From Chiloscyllium plagiosum (Eukaryota): a stretch of DNA of 64,000 bases. A model generated the notes under the pieces. It was given only the letters and a program-made list of their open reading frames with translations, had not been told where the DNA came from and ran no database searches. The stretch covers positions 87,550,382 through 87,614,381 of the forward strand of contig NC_057719.1 of assembly GCF_004010195.1 (NCBI RefSeq). Reading direction: 5' to 3'. The position numbers were made by a program, and so were the translations under genes. This document shows, one piece after another, positions 24,971-38,862 of the stretch. How positions within the stretch are numbered: the first letter of the stretch is position 1; every line of letters starts with the position of its first letter.

Positions 24971-26144
24971 TGAGCTGATAAATATAGGGGATGACAGAGG
25001 TACAAATCAATGTTGGGCCAATGTTAATGGATTGTCAGTCATGGTGAAAGCTTTCCTACCATACAGCATATGAAGGTTGCTTAAAATTCAAAAAGATTCT
25101 GGGTCAGGTCAATCACAGCTTGGGATCCAAGATTCCTTCTTACTTTCCGAAAGTAGAAACCGCCTCTGTTCAAAGTTTACGAAATGGAACACAATCTTTA
25201 TGCTCCGAATTAAAATTTGATTTATCTCAGTTTATTTAGGCATATGTATTTTTTTTTAAACTGCGAAAATTGACCAATAACAATTTCAAATTACCTGAAG
25301 CAAATGCAAAAGTTTCAGAGGTACACATTCCGATGACTCCTTACCTGTTCTTGTTGAATCTTCCAACAGTAATGATCGGTGTTGCCAAATCTCTGAGTAT
25401 ATAAGAATGAGCTGCACCAGCTCTCCCTCACGCACAAAGATTTAGGTCAAGTTCCTTTCTTAATCTACTCCAGTCCCTGAGATGACTTTCATTTTCTTCC
25501 TGTGACCTCTGATAATAACTCAAAGGTATTTACACTCCTCCTTGCCAGGCACCTGACCCACAGCACGGTTAAAAGCCACAAATCAGATCTGAAATGGCAG
25601 AGAAATGAATGTACTGAGACAGGGGGTGGGAGGGAGGAAGCGACACTCCCTAAACAAGAGGGCAAAGACTAAGGCTTAGAAATTACTCAAATAATTAACC
25701 TTAATTTCATCTCTCAACCTGATAATATCTCCGTTCATCTGCATGCAATAGTTTTTCAGCCCGGGTTTACCACTTAACTTCCAGTAATGCATTATTTCCA
25801 CTCTCCGAACTCAGAAAATGGAGACAGGAAAGTCAATTTGGGCTAGGGAAATTGTGAGCAATGGATGAGAAATTCAAATAACCTTTAATGATATTGAAAT
25901 ATCCCATAGCACTTCAAAGGTTTGTTGTTATTAAAGAAAAAAATTATATCTAACCAATGTAAGGCTTAGGAAAAGCGACCAAAAGTTTAGTCAAAGAGAT
26001 AGGATGTAAGCAGTGCATTAAATCTATCCGTCACTCATCTTTTAGGAAATTAATTCTAGACAGTTAAAGAAAGTGTTGAGAATGAGGCAATGAAGGAAGT
26101 TAGGGGATGATCAAGAAAGTAGAGTTATAGGAGGATAGAGATCA

Positions 26145-26860
26145 TTGTATCCATGTGCTTCCTGACGTGCTGTATTCAGTGACCTCTACCATGAAGCACC
26201 GATGGCCATGTCTACCTTGCAGCCGGTTTTAATAAGTCACAGTGCAGGCTTGAATGTTATCTTGAGAGCTCATAACATGGTCAGAAATGGAGTAGAGTTG
26301 AATTGTTGAAAAGCTGAGGCATGTAGCTCCCGAAAGAGAGACAGCTGTGAAAATCCCTACACACAACTGAAAGAAAAATGCTGGAAAAGAACAAAGAGGC
26401 AGGGTGCAGCTGAAATAAATTAGCTGCTTCCCAGCTTCAGTCAAAATGAAAAGGTGATATGAAGCAAAACTGGCAGTTTTTCAGCTGAAGCTTCTGACAA
26501 ATCTACTCTACATTAGCTCAGTCAAGTTGATGGGTGATGAGTAGTTTGTGACTGTTAGAATGATAACAATGGATGGAGAACATCAAGTCAATATAAAGTG
26601 TCAGACAAGCACCAGTGTATCATACAATGATCTTCACAAACTTATGCAAAGTGGCTCAACATGGAGATCTGAAATTAAGTCCTCAAAAATAAGGTTGAGG
26701 CTATATGGTGCCACCATAATCATGCAAAGAGGACAGGTTACTCTGAGACCAAAATGCATCCACACAAGTCACTAAGAAATTGAATCTAATCTGAGGAAGG
26801 TAAGAGATGTGTCAAACATAAGCACTAAAATCAACGAGCACATCAGCCTGTGCAATACTG
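26145..26860 (+). mobile_element. Gypsy-type LTR retrotransposon relic (LTR end, PBS, gag/protease remnants)
   Basis: ...AACA|TGGTCAGAAATGG at 26274-26290 resembles an LTR end followed by a tRNA-Leu PBS. VNIKCQ..TSVSYN..SKIRLRLYGATII..RGQVTL resembles a decayed retroviral-type protease. Confidence 0.45.
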
Positions 26861-27399
26861 GTTAGGAGTATTGTTGTGGATAAAGCGTCACAAGCCACCT
26901 TTAATTTAGCTACTTATTAAGAAATCTCATAGACAATCAAATACTGAAACAATGGTTGAAACTTTAATGCAGGTAGCAATGAAAATAAGACCCTTCAAAG
27001 TAAGCAAGCTAAGCCTCACAACTCAACTCGACTATTACCTAATTAATGGTGGAATTTAGCAATGATTCTAACCAACAATGTCTGTCCCCTGAAGTGTCCA
27101 GGGTTCAGTCCTTGTGCTTTGAAGTTCTGCTGCTGAATTATTCGTATGTTGGATTCTTAGACAACTCTCTCTCTTTCAAGTTTGTGTTATGACATAATAA
27201 TGAGCTTTTTGATTCTTTCATCCCCAAAAATGATTACACTTCTGGGGATATCAAGTCTGCAGCTCGCCTTCTTATCAGAAGTAGCTCCCTGTTCAGTGTG
27301 AGCTCTTGGTTTAAGTAGCATGCCCTGCAATTAACCAGCTTGTTTCAGGACATTCTTTCTGCAGGCAGTTTAATTGCCCATTTGTCACAAGGCAGCAGG

Positions 27400-28730
27400 T
27401 TATCACTTGTGCCTCCCTAGCCAAGCTGTTCCAAAACAATTAGACCATTGGCATTTACCTGACAATGTGGAAAACTACAAAACAAATCCAACACAGTCAT
27501 TTGCTGCCACATTAGTCTACTCTCAATTATTAGTAAAATGGGAGGTGTTATCAACAGTGCTATCAAGTTCCACCAGGGCACTCAGCTCCTGACCTCATTG
27601 CTGCCTTGGTTCAAAGATGGACAAAAGAGATGAATTCCAGAGGTGAGGTGAGAGTGTCTGCCTTTTATATCAAGATGGCATTTAACCAAATGTGGCATCA
27701 AGGAGCCCTAGCAAAACTAGTTGGAGTTGTACCAGGCACACAGGAAGATGGTTGTGCTTGTTGGAAGTCAGTCATCTCAGCTCCAGAACATGACTGCAGG
27801 TGTTCCTCAGGATAGTGTCCTCGGCCCAACCACCTTCAGCTGCTTCATCAATGACTTTCCTTCTATCGTAACGTCAGAGGTGGAGATGTTCACCGATGAC
27901 TGCATAATGTTCAGCACCATTCATAAATCCTCAGATACTGAAGCAGTCCATGTTCAAATGCAACAAAATCCAGGTTTTGGGTGACAAATGGCAAATAACA
28001 TTCATGCCACACAACAACAGACAATGTAATCACCACCCCTTGACATTCAATGGTGTGACCATTTCTGAATTTCCCACGATCAACTGTCAACCAGAAATTC
28101 AACTGGACTCACCACATGAACATAGTGGCTACAAGAGCAGGTCACAGGCTAGGAATATTGCAGCAAGTAACTCACCTCCCGACTCCCCAAGTCTGTCCAT
28201 CATCTACAAGTCACAAGTCAGGAGTGTGATGGAATACTCCTCACCTCTCTGGATGAGTGCAGCTCTAACAACACAAGAAGCTTGACATCATCCAGGACAA
28301 AGTAGTCCACTTGATTGGCACCGCATCCACAAACATCCACTCCCTCCACCACCGACACTCAGTAGAGCATCTTGTAGAGAGTGTGTACTCTCTACAAGAT
28401 GCACTGCAGAAATTCACCAAAGATCCTTTGACAGCATCTTCCAAACTGACAATTACTTCCATCTAGAAGAACAAGGGCTGCAGATACATGGAAACACATC
28501 ACCTGCAAGTTGCCTTCCAAGCCACTCACCAACCTTACTTGGAAATATATTACCATTCCTTCACTATCACATGGTCAAATCTTGGAATGGCCTCCGAAGT
28601 CTACCTACAGCATATACACTGCAATGGCTAATGAAGGCAGTTCACCATCACTTCCTCAAGTGCAACTAGAGACAGGCAATAAATGCTGGCCAGCCAACCA
28701 CACCCACATCCCGTGAGTTAACAAAAAGGA
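27400..28730 (+). mobile_element. Non-LTR retrotransposon (second family), RT to 3' end
   Basis: AGVPQDSVLGPTTFSCFINDFPSIV..VEMFTDD and IYKSQVRSVMEYS. Tail ggcaataaatgctggcc...cacatcccgtga. Confidence 0.88.
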
Positions 28731-29552
28731 AAACCTTATAACCGTATAATTTATCTATCAACGGCCTCCTGAAATACCCAGTAGAAAACAAGGTGCCTTC
28801 TCCTAGTAGATCTTAATGGACAGATTGGTGCGCTGCATTCCACGGTCTGGGACTCTCAGCCACAATGGCATTTTGGATGGCCCCTCATCTTTCACCTATG
28901 CAGCAGGCAGCAGCATTGCCTATGCTTTGCGTACATTCACTTAAGTGCTGTCCACTGTCTTGAGGGAAAAACAAAAACCGGGGCCTCCATTGCTGGATTT
29001 GTGATGGGGGTGTTGAGTTTTTATGTGCGTGTGCCCCACAATTCAAATCACACGGTGATTTGATAGCAGTTCGGTGATTATTAGCTGCTGTTTCTCAGAA
29101 TAGGCATGGTCTCAAATGCACTGCTTGAAAGTGTCGTGGAGACAGATTAGAAGCAGGAAATTAGCACACAAATTTGGAGCAGGAGACAGCTATTTGGCCA
29201 TTCTAACCTGCTCTGCTGTTCAAAATAATAACAGCTTATTTGATTGCAATCACAGCTCATTTCCACCTGACCCGATAAATTCTGACCAATAGGACCCAAA
29301 GGTTAACTATAACTTCTTAAATAGAGTTTGACATATATTGGAAGGGAAGAAATCAAAAACAGACAGCAAAGTGGGATTAAAAAATCCAGCTCAAAAACAA
29401 TGGGCAGTATGTTTCTGTATAATTCACTCCAGTCTGTTTGGTAGTATAGCAACTTATGAGTGAGACTGATTGATGTGTGCATTTTATCTGTGAAAGTTTG
29501 ATTTAAAGCTGTTGTTTCCCTGGACTTTCAAGGTAATTACACATTTAAAAGC

Positions 29553-29680
29553 CATGATGTGGAGGTGGCAGTGTTGGACTCTGATGGACAAAATCAGAAG
29601 TCACAAGGCACCAGGTTATAGTCCAACAGACTTATTTGAAATCACAAGCTTTTGGAACGCTGCACCTTCATCAGGTGAAG
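29553..29680 (-). mobile_element. PLE family B terminal repeat with hammerhead motif (29643-29677, G12 mutated)
   Basis: Minus strand reads CAC-CTGATGA-A-GGTGC(AGC)GTTCC-AAAA-GC-TT/GTG. Confidence 0.6.
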
Positions 29681-30289
29681 TGGAGGGAAGCAGACAGGCA
29701 CACATAGCAGAATTTATGCTATTACCGCTCTGCCAAATAGGTCTAGATTAATTTAGGATATCTGATCAGCATGGACGAGTTGGACTAAAGGATCTGTTTC
29801 TATACTGTACAACTCTAACTCTATGTCATATTTTCCCAGGTCAAAACTAAGGAATCACATGCCAACTAAATGCTCTCCACGCCCAACAAGGAAACTCTCC
29901 TATGATCAAAAGGTTGATGAATGCTAGGAATCATGAGAACTTATAAAAATTCCTTATGTGTAGATAAGGCTGAGAATAGCTTGGCTCTAATGGGCAATAA
30001 AGTGCTCAGATTATACTCCAGAAGGCAAAGGTTGATTTTATCATAATCATTTCTCAGCTCTCCTTCTAAAGATGACAGATTTTGGTGACTAACAGATGAT
30101 GTAGCAAGTTATCAGGCAACAAACTGGGAAAGTAATTTAAAGTACAAGCGATAGGTAGAAAAGGCAGGTAGTACATAATGGATGACCACACTGCACTTTG
30201 GTATTTGGGTCTAAATCCAACAAGTGCAAAGTGAGTATGTGAAATTGCTTTGGGCAGAATCATTTCATACTATGATGAATGTTACATCC

Positions 30290-30490
30290 TGGTAGGATTC
30301 TCTGAGTCAGAAGAACATGGGATCAAGTCCACTTCTAAAGAGCTGAATACAAAATCAAGGCTGACACTTTGATGCACTTTCCTCAGATGATCAACTAAAC
30401 AGTCTACCCACTAGGTGGGTGTAAAAAAAAATCCCTAGATGTGGTTTTAAACATGAGTAGGGGAGAATTTTGCTGCTGTCCTGATCAATA
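30290..30490 (+). mobile_element. Old DeuSINE-like fragment
   Basis: ctctgagtcagaag..aaggctgacact..aggtgggtgtaaaa..atccc..gagtaggggag..tgtcctgatcaata resembles the Deu domain. Confidence 0.5.
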
Positions 30491-33482
30491 ACCAAGTTTT
30501 AGTCACTTAAGCTGAGGAACAAGAACATATGAAACAGGAATGGGAGTAAACTATTCAGTTTTTCAACCCTGTTCTGCCATTCAATAACATCATGGCTAAT
30601 CCAATTGCAGTCTCAAATCTACATTCCTGTCTGACCATCCATAACCTTTAATTCCTTGTTAATCAAAAATCCATTTCACTCAACAATGAATTAATTCAGT
30701 GACCCAACCTGTATTGATCCATGTGATAGGGAATTCTAAACTTTAGATACACTGAGGGATGAAATTCCTCCTTATCTACTTTTTAAACAAGGGGCACCTT
30801 ATTTTTTTAAACTTTTCAGTCCTAGTTTTAGATTACCCCACAAATAAAATATCCCCTCAGCTTCTACCTTGTCAAGCCCCCTCAGAAATTTGTTTCAATA
30901 AGTTCGCTTTTTAATCTCCTAAACCCTCATAAGTATAGACCCAACACTCTCAATCTTTCAACAATAAAAAAAGCTTCATCGCAGGAATTAACCAAACAAA
31001 CAAACATTCTCTGAACTGTTTTCAACACAAGCATATTTTTCCTTAAGTGACAGACCAAAATTATACACTTTCAGTATACCATGTTATCATGACCAGAGTG
31101 GAATTGGTGTGCTGGAAGTCAAGCCCCACTACTCTAACAGTAAAGTGTGAAATTTAATTTCTAAGACAGTCAATGCCTGGCTGTGAGCACTGTCCAAGAT
31201 AAAGGACACACCAGGTTCCATCAATGAACAATAAAACAAAAACATTTATAAAATTGCCCTCTCACATTGTAAAAACAAGTTAGTAATTACTAATGCAAAC
31301 TTAAATAATTCTGTCCTTTAAATCCAACACATATAAATTCATTCAAAGGATGGGCAGGTGGTCATAACACTCTTTTTAGGAACCTTATGGTTGGAAAATA
31401 TAGGCAGAAAATATCTGTGGATCAAAATCTAAGCCAAAGTGGGTAGAATTAAGTAGCTTATCTCTCAATTCTCTTTTTTTGACGTTTGGTGTTCTCAGTC
31501 AGTAGCCGATCAATTGACCCAGGTCTTTAGCCTGATTTAGAAGTTTCCCTTTGCAAAGTCTTTAAGTGTTATTTATTTTCCAATTAAAGAGACAGTGATT
31601 TCACTTACTGCAGGCTTTTTACAGATCTGTATCTAAATTGTTTTCTCTCTCTCAGTTCAGTGCCAAATTGTTACTTTAAACCAATCTAAACTCTTTTGCT
31701 GGGTAGTTACTTTTTTTTCCCCCCAAAGACATCAATTGCCAGTACAAAGTATCAAATCCAGTGCCACAAGAACACCATGCTGTTCCATCTTTTGCGTCAA
31801 GTTACAACAAAATAAAACTGGTCGATTCTCAACAAAGTAGTTCAAACCAGCATTTCCTTTCCCCCCCCCACCCCCACCACTATATATTTCCAAATAAAAT
31901 CCGTATAAATGTGACTCTGCTGATTATATTGTAATATTCTAAATGCTATTTAACCATGGATTCTAGCATTTTCCCAATGACATATGTTCCATCTCTCTCT
32001 TTTCTTGAACAGTGGTGTCACTTTTGCACTTTTCAAATCTATTAGAACCTTTCCAGTATCTAAGGAATGTTGGTAGATTACAGTAATGTATTCACTGTCT
32101 GTAATTGTACTTCCTTACGACCCTAGGGTGCAGGCCATTAGGTCCACACAAGTTGTCAAGCTCAAGTCTTATAGGATGTTTTCTAATGGCTATGTTTGCA
32201 TTAAGTTCATCTCTCCCTTTTGCCTCTTAACCTTAAATATGCTTGGTTTACTTCTTGTGTCTTCTGTTATTAAGATGATTTTAAAAATCTTCTTCCATTT
32301 CCTAGATTCTCATTATTAAAATCACCGGTCTCATCCTCTAAGGAATGAGTGCCCATTGTACCTATTCTTTTTCTCGATTAATGCTTATTGAAGTGTTTAC
32401 TGTGAGGAAACAAGCAAAGCAAAACAAAACATTCTCCAATTACTCCCTCACTGTAACAGATTACACTGTATGTAAATTGGCTCTTCTACTTTCTACTTTA
32501 TGAAAGTGACTGCACTTCAGAAGCTCTTCATTCACGATAAAGTATTTTGGGGCATCCTGAGATTTTGAAAGAAATTGTGCAAACACAAATTTATTCTTTC
32601 CATTAGTTTGGTACACTTTCTCAGAGGGTTTCCAGGATAAATTTGGAATAAAGGCACTCTGCATTGAATTATTTTCTCCTATGTTATTCTGGAGATTCCT
32701 TATGTGAACACTGGCTTCCTGATTTTTTTCCTCAAAAATTGTCCACAACTGTCTTTGCTTCTTTTTTGCCCCTTGTTAGAGTTTGCATTGCCACAACTGG
32801 GGAAGGTGGTGCATAAAGCTGCACAATCTAAGAAATACAGGAAGCACCAAACACCTGATGATTATTGCATCTTTTTCCATAATCTCAGTTCTTCATACAG
32901 CTTCATACCTCTCAGCAAAACCCTCATTTAATCCAAACAGGAATTTTCAACTCTCAGGTAAGCATCATTCCCGAGGCTGCATAAGATCAAATGTCACAGT
33001 TTGGTCAATATAATGAGATAAATTAACCAAGGTGATCTTTGGACCTCAGGAAACAGTTCCAGGTTTGATGTAGACTTCCAAGGTCTGTAGAATTCCACTG
33101 GGGGAAATCTCAGCTCTGCTCAGGAGGACAGCACTCATATGAACCAAGAGAATCCCACTCATGATAAGCCAGACTCTCAGCTTCACCACAGCCAACACCC
33201 ACATGTTGGCTGCATTTTGACTACACAATTAACAAGCTTGAAGTGGTGTTACCTGGTACAATGGAGATGCCAAGCAGAATATAAATGAGCTATTGAAATT
33301 TTCCTATTGAACTGCACTTAGATGCGTTACAAAGCCACAGGGCAAGATGCTTAATCTCTCCACAGTGTCCATTTTCCCTGATCATTCACTTTCCCACCTC
33401 AAAGATTATGCATGCATAGAGGTGACACAAGAATGTAATCACAACAATTCAAAGAAAGTCACACTAAGCTAGAAATTAAAAT

Positions 33483-33493
33483 TTTATTTTATT
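33483..33493 (-). terminator. Candidate distal polyadenylation signal of EHD4 (two overlapping AATAAA)
   Basis: Minus strand reads AATAAAATAAA, followed by GT/T-rich sequence (agtgtgactttctttgaattgttgtg). It sits at the end of a long AT-rich, repeat-poor stretch after the EHD4 stop. Confidence 0.5.
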
Positions 33494-36400
33494 CAGAGAA
33501 TTTTCTAATGCAATTTTACAGTGAAGTTGCAAATCTAACAATTTTAAAACTGTAACATCATTCTATCTGCTCAAATATAGGAATAATTGAAAGAAAAAAA
33601 TAGATAAGCCATGTTTAAAGTCTCGGTCCAGGATTCAAGTTTAAGAGTTGTATATAAAGCAGAAGCAGGTTTTTAAATACATTTCTAGTATCACTTTGAA
33701 GTTACATTCATAAACTATCCAGAGTTGCCTAATACTTGGGCACATCTGAGATAAGCCAGTTAAGTTTGTGACTTTTCCAAGGTTGGTACATGCAGTAACA
33801 ATCCATCAGAAACAGTCCTAAGGAATACTTTTGAACAGTATATTCTCACGTCAATGTGCCGAGCTACAGTTTTGTCCAAAAATATACAGTGTAATACTAA
33901 ATACATTGACAAGTTAACAGCCCCAGAAAGAAAACTGCAGAAACAGAACAGGTTTGACAGCTGATCAAAGTCCCTCATTTGCAATAAAATCCACTGGTCT
34001 GTCACAAACAAAAAATATATATTGGCATGTCTCTTACATTTTCAGAAGGCACTTTGGAAAAACCTCTGTAGCAGTACTTCATTTTGTAAGTTTAAACAGT
34101 AAGAATACAACAACAGTGGATTTGTCAGTCATCTTCTTTCCCTTTCCCTATGTAATGAATCTGTTCAGCTTGCCAACATAGATAATGACAAGAGATCAAT
34201 CTTTTTTTATTTTGGCTGCGTCTTCTGCTGATGCTGCTCTGTAACAGGCTGCAAATCTCTCAGGTAAGAGGGACAGGATCAACCTATCTGTGCTGGACGT
34301 GCACAACACAAACTTGTCCAGTACACCTGGAATGGTTTCAATTCACTGCAATCCCCCAGAAGCTGATAGAAGTACGATGCTCACTAACCTACAGCATATC
34401 ACCTGAGCGGCTTCCTCCAGCATACAAAAATACCTATCTAGTGTAAACCACTCGGTTAGAGTCTGAGCAGGGCAACGTAGTGCTCATCACACCCTCATCA
34501 TTCATATTTGCTGAAAGTTCTCCTCAAGGATGGTGTGTAGTTGTGACAGTGGCACAGAGCCCAAGCAGTGGGAGATAAAATTTGGCAGCTCTGTAGTCCA
34601 CCTCTTTTCTGCTCATTGCTTTTTTGAAACAAGATTTCAAAAGTACAATTAAAGTAGATGGGAGGCATATGAAATGAGTCAATTTCTTTAAAGTATTAAG
34701 TGTGATTGGTACAATTGATACAATATGCAAGGTTCTCACAACAAACATGAATTTTTCATACTCCACCATTTATATGAAAAATCACATAAATGCTAAACAA
34801 ACAGAAAAATTTAGTTGTAAAGCACAGTCTGACAGTGACAGATCCTTGTGACAGGAAGGGAGAAGGCAGGGTCTCAGCTGTTGACCGGCGGGTCTTAAAA
34901 CACCACACCAGCTCTTTTTGGAAACAGCCATCTCATACTGTGTCCCTCAGCTACTTCACCAGCCTCCTCCCTTGGATTTAGGACCCAGCGCTTGCATGTC
35001 CTACCCAGCAAAAGCTCTTCAGCACTTAATAACTGGAATGCCAGTGGCTGCTGCTGGTATGCCATCCATCCTAGGTCTCCGATTGAAGAGGGACCCCAGC
35101 GAGTGATGGGAGCATGGTCTCAGCAGCAAGGGCAAGGTGGGTGAAATTCAACCTCCTTAACCAAAGCTGTGTCCCTCAGGCATCAGAGTGCCACTGAATA
35201 AGAGGACACCCCCCCACCATTCCCCTCACCTCTTCCCCAGTCATTAAGAACAGGAGCACAGTGCCAAGGATCAACAATAAAGATAGCTCAATATTTTCAA
35301 GCCTTAGAGTAGGAAAACTTACTTGAATTAACAGCATCCGAAAGTTAGTTCACCAACATCTCAAACTGAAAGCCTGGTGAACAACCATCCCAAAAAAAGA
35401 CAGACCTGTAGCTGAACAGAAAACAGAGTCGCACAGCCAACTGGACATCAAAAAGAGGGGAACGCAGGCTATGCAGAAAATACAGGAGGATGTATTGCTG
35501 GGTTACTGAAAACACTGCAGGTAGTTGCAGTTAAACATCAAATGCAACAGCAAAACAAGCTTTAACAGATCTCAGCTTGGATACAAAGGAATTTCATCAT
35601 TAGCTGTGTTCAGTGTAACTGTCACATTAACAATCCTCTTATTAAAGCAATTTTCAAACTTCAGCGTTTAGTTTCAATGCTCATTGGACTATAAAAAGAA
35701 CCTTATAACTGTTACTAATACATCCCTTTAAATTTCATTTCACAGAAAGCACTATCCTTTTCCCTCATGATCAACGAGAGGGGAAATTCAGAGATGTGTT
35801 GATGGATGAAACACCTGACATCTCTATTAGTAACCGTAAATGATAAAATAACTAAATTAAGGTGAAATACAAGTCATGCAAGTAATCTGTCAGAGGATTA
35901 TGCATCCACTTGAGGGGCGAAAAGGCTGATATAAATATTATTTCATTATCCAAGAGGTTTAGCTGTAACAGGATGCAGCACTCATGCTTGAAATAAGGTT
36001 ACTTCGATGGATGTGAACCATTTACTTTTGCTTGTAACCCTCACAGGATCTCAATACTTTTATTTTACAAATATGTATGTGTTTTGTTTATTGTTTCCAT
36101 TATCTTCAATATTTATTCCCCCTTTCAGTTTGTGACCGACATTCTGACAACAGTTTATTGATAAAAATTAAGTTAATGTCAGAGTCAATGAGGTCCAGCC
36201 TCTAGTCAACCACATCTGTCGTAAATATATTTTTGATATTTGGTACTTCTCAACTGAGACCATCAGACGGTTAGAGGGGGTTTTGTTTAATTCTCAGTTA
36301 GGTGGCAGATTTGGTTGCTGTCCAAGGTCAGTAACAGTGAAAAATTCAATGAGCCACCCATCAGAAGGCTCATTCTTCACTTGAAAACTCACAACTAGCA

Positions 36401-36609
36401 TTCACACAGCGCCCACACCACCAACCTCTCTAACTTGCACATTGTAACAGTTTCTGATTCATTGCTTCGTATGGAATATTACAAACATTCAAGCAATGTG
36501 GTTCAGCAATGAGCTGCAGTGTCAAGATGCCAGCTTCTTTGCAGAATAGAGACATTCCATTCACTGGGGGAATAAATATCCAGATCAACATATAAAATAA
36601 AAAAAACAA

Positions 36610-37040
36610 GTTGACAGCATCTGTGGAGCGAGAAACAGAGTTAACGTTTCAGGTCTGTGACCAGAGTTCCAGTAAAAGACTGCAAATCTGAAACCTTTGA
36701 CTCTGAGGAACAACAGCCTGAAGTTCAAATAGTTGTTTGGTAGCACAGAACAAGTACTGCTGAAACAAAAAAAAAGACACTTTTTGTCAAAGTTTTGTAT
36801 TTTGCACTCATTGGGACAATCGCAAAATGTTGCCTTTCATATAAGCAATACTGAAGGCTGAAGTTCCTCAATTCTGTTTATTCTCACACGCCACCCTTTG
36901 TTGATAACCTATCACATTTCTCGCTTTCCCAGTTCTGATGAAAGGTCATCAATCTGAAATGTTAACCCCATTTTTCTCTAACTACATTTGCTATCAGACC
37001 TGCCAAGCATTGCCAATTTTTACTCTTATTTGGAATTCCA
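36610..37040. mobile_element. PLE family C terminal repeats in both orientations; hammerhead motif at 36931-36966 (+)
   Basis: AGTT-CTGATGA-A-AGGT(CATCA)ATCT-GAAA-TG-TT/AAC on the plus strand. A partial copy GGTC(ACA)GACC-T-GAAA-CG-TT/AACT lies on the minus strand at 36638-36662. Confidence 0.55.
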
Positions 37041-38059
37041 GCTTTTATAACAATTTTTCATAATAGTAATTCCCATTTGAACTAAGTAATCATATCCAAA
37101 TTTAGGTGCAGAGGTGAACAATCTCTCATCCCGCAGAGAGAAACTGAAATAATTTGAACAGTGTCAACATGCAGCTTTTTCAATTTTCACTTGCCTGTAA
37201 AACATCAGGAATTATCAAGGTGCCAGAACTCTGGATTCTCAGACAGGATTCATTACTAGATTCCATTTAAGACTTTTCTTCCAGTCGAAAGGGAGAGCTA
37301 GGCTGTAAATTCATTGCAGTCTCCTGTTATTCCTCACAATTAATTTCTGCATATATTATACACGAAAAGGTTTGCATTCATGAGATCTATTTCTACTAAC
37401 AAAGATTAATCAAGTAGCTTCAATGGCAGCTATTTGAGGATCTACACTGTGGATTCACAAGTAGACAGTGAATTGAAAGACTACTGTTTTAGAATGCTTG
37501 TTCCCAGGACAAGTCTGCCAGCAAGCAGGCAAAAGACATTTCCACTCAACTGAGACAATATTACAATCATTATATTGCCTCTAGATGGCAGCAGCTATGT
37601 GCTTTATTCTGTTCTTGAGAAACAAGTTCTCTGCATGTTTGAAGTTTAGGAAATGGGTAGCTTTGAGCTCTGAGCTGTCAGAGCCTGTCATTTGAAAACG
37701 GCTTAGATAGGCAGGAAAACTGTACAACAGGATTATACATACTTGAAATCCAGTGATACAAACAGAATTACACAGGACAGCAAAAACGGATAGGAGGCTA
37801 TATTTGTTTGAGAGATTTACGCGAAGCAATGGTATTTGTTCCAAGCCATCGAAAGGACTGCAACATGCTGCTGTAACATACAGGCGGGCTAATGTCAAGA
37901 GGTGCAGCCAGTGGATCAGCCTTAAAATAAACATACTCACTTCAAAAAAGAAAAATTGTCATAATTGAGCAAATATACTTAACTTTAAATTCTTCACATT
38001 TATCAGATAGAAATAACCAAAACTACCCGTCAATAAAATTCAAATTGCGAGGGTTAATA

Positions 38060-38862
38060 GGCTAAGGAGTGGCAGATAGTGTTTAATTTAGATAAATGTG
38101 AGGTATTGTATTTTGGCAATACAAACAAGGACAGGGCTTATACAATTAATGGTAGGTCCCTAGGTAGTGTTATCGAAAACAGACACCTAGGGATTCAGGT
38201 ACATAATTCTTTGAAATTTGCATCACAGGTAGACAGGGTGGTTAAGAAGGCACTTAGCGCACTTGCTCAGACCTTTGAATATAGGAGTTGAATGTTATGT
38301 TGATGTCATGCATGATGTTGATGAGGCCTCTTCTGGAGTGCTGTGCGCTGTTCTGGCCACCCTGTTATAAGAGGTATATTAGTAAGCTGGAGAGGGTTCA
38401 GAAAAGATTTACCAGGATCTTGCCAGCAATGGAAGGTTTGAGATATAAAAATAGACTGGAAAGAATGTGACTTTTTTTTCCACTGGAGCATAGGAGGAGG
38501 AGGAGGAGGGGTGACTTTATTGAGGTTTTAAGAAGCATAAGGGACATAGATGAGGTGAATGACAAAGGTCTTTTTCCTAGAATGGGGGGCATATTTTGAA
38601 AGAGAGGAGAATGATTCAAGGAGGACATGAGGGACAACATTTATACACAGAGTGGATTGTGTGTGGAAAGAATTGTCAGCGAAAGTAGTGGACACAGTTA
38701 AGTTATAACATTTAAAAGATATTTGGATAAGTTCATGAACAGGAAAAGTTTGGAGGGATATGGGCCAAATGTAGGTAGGTGAGACTGGTTTAGTTTGGGA
38801 ACATGGTCAGCATGGACAGTTTGAACCAAAGCATTTGTTTCAGCAGCTGTATGACTCTATGC
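38060..38862 (+). mobile_element. CR1 3' fragment within the putative EHD4 3' UTR
   Basis: FNLDKCEVLYFG and LERVQKRFTRILP; tail atgactctatg. Confidence 0.88.
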
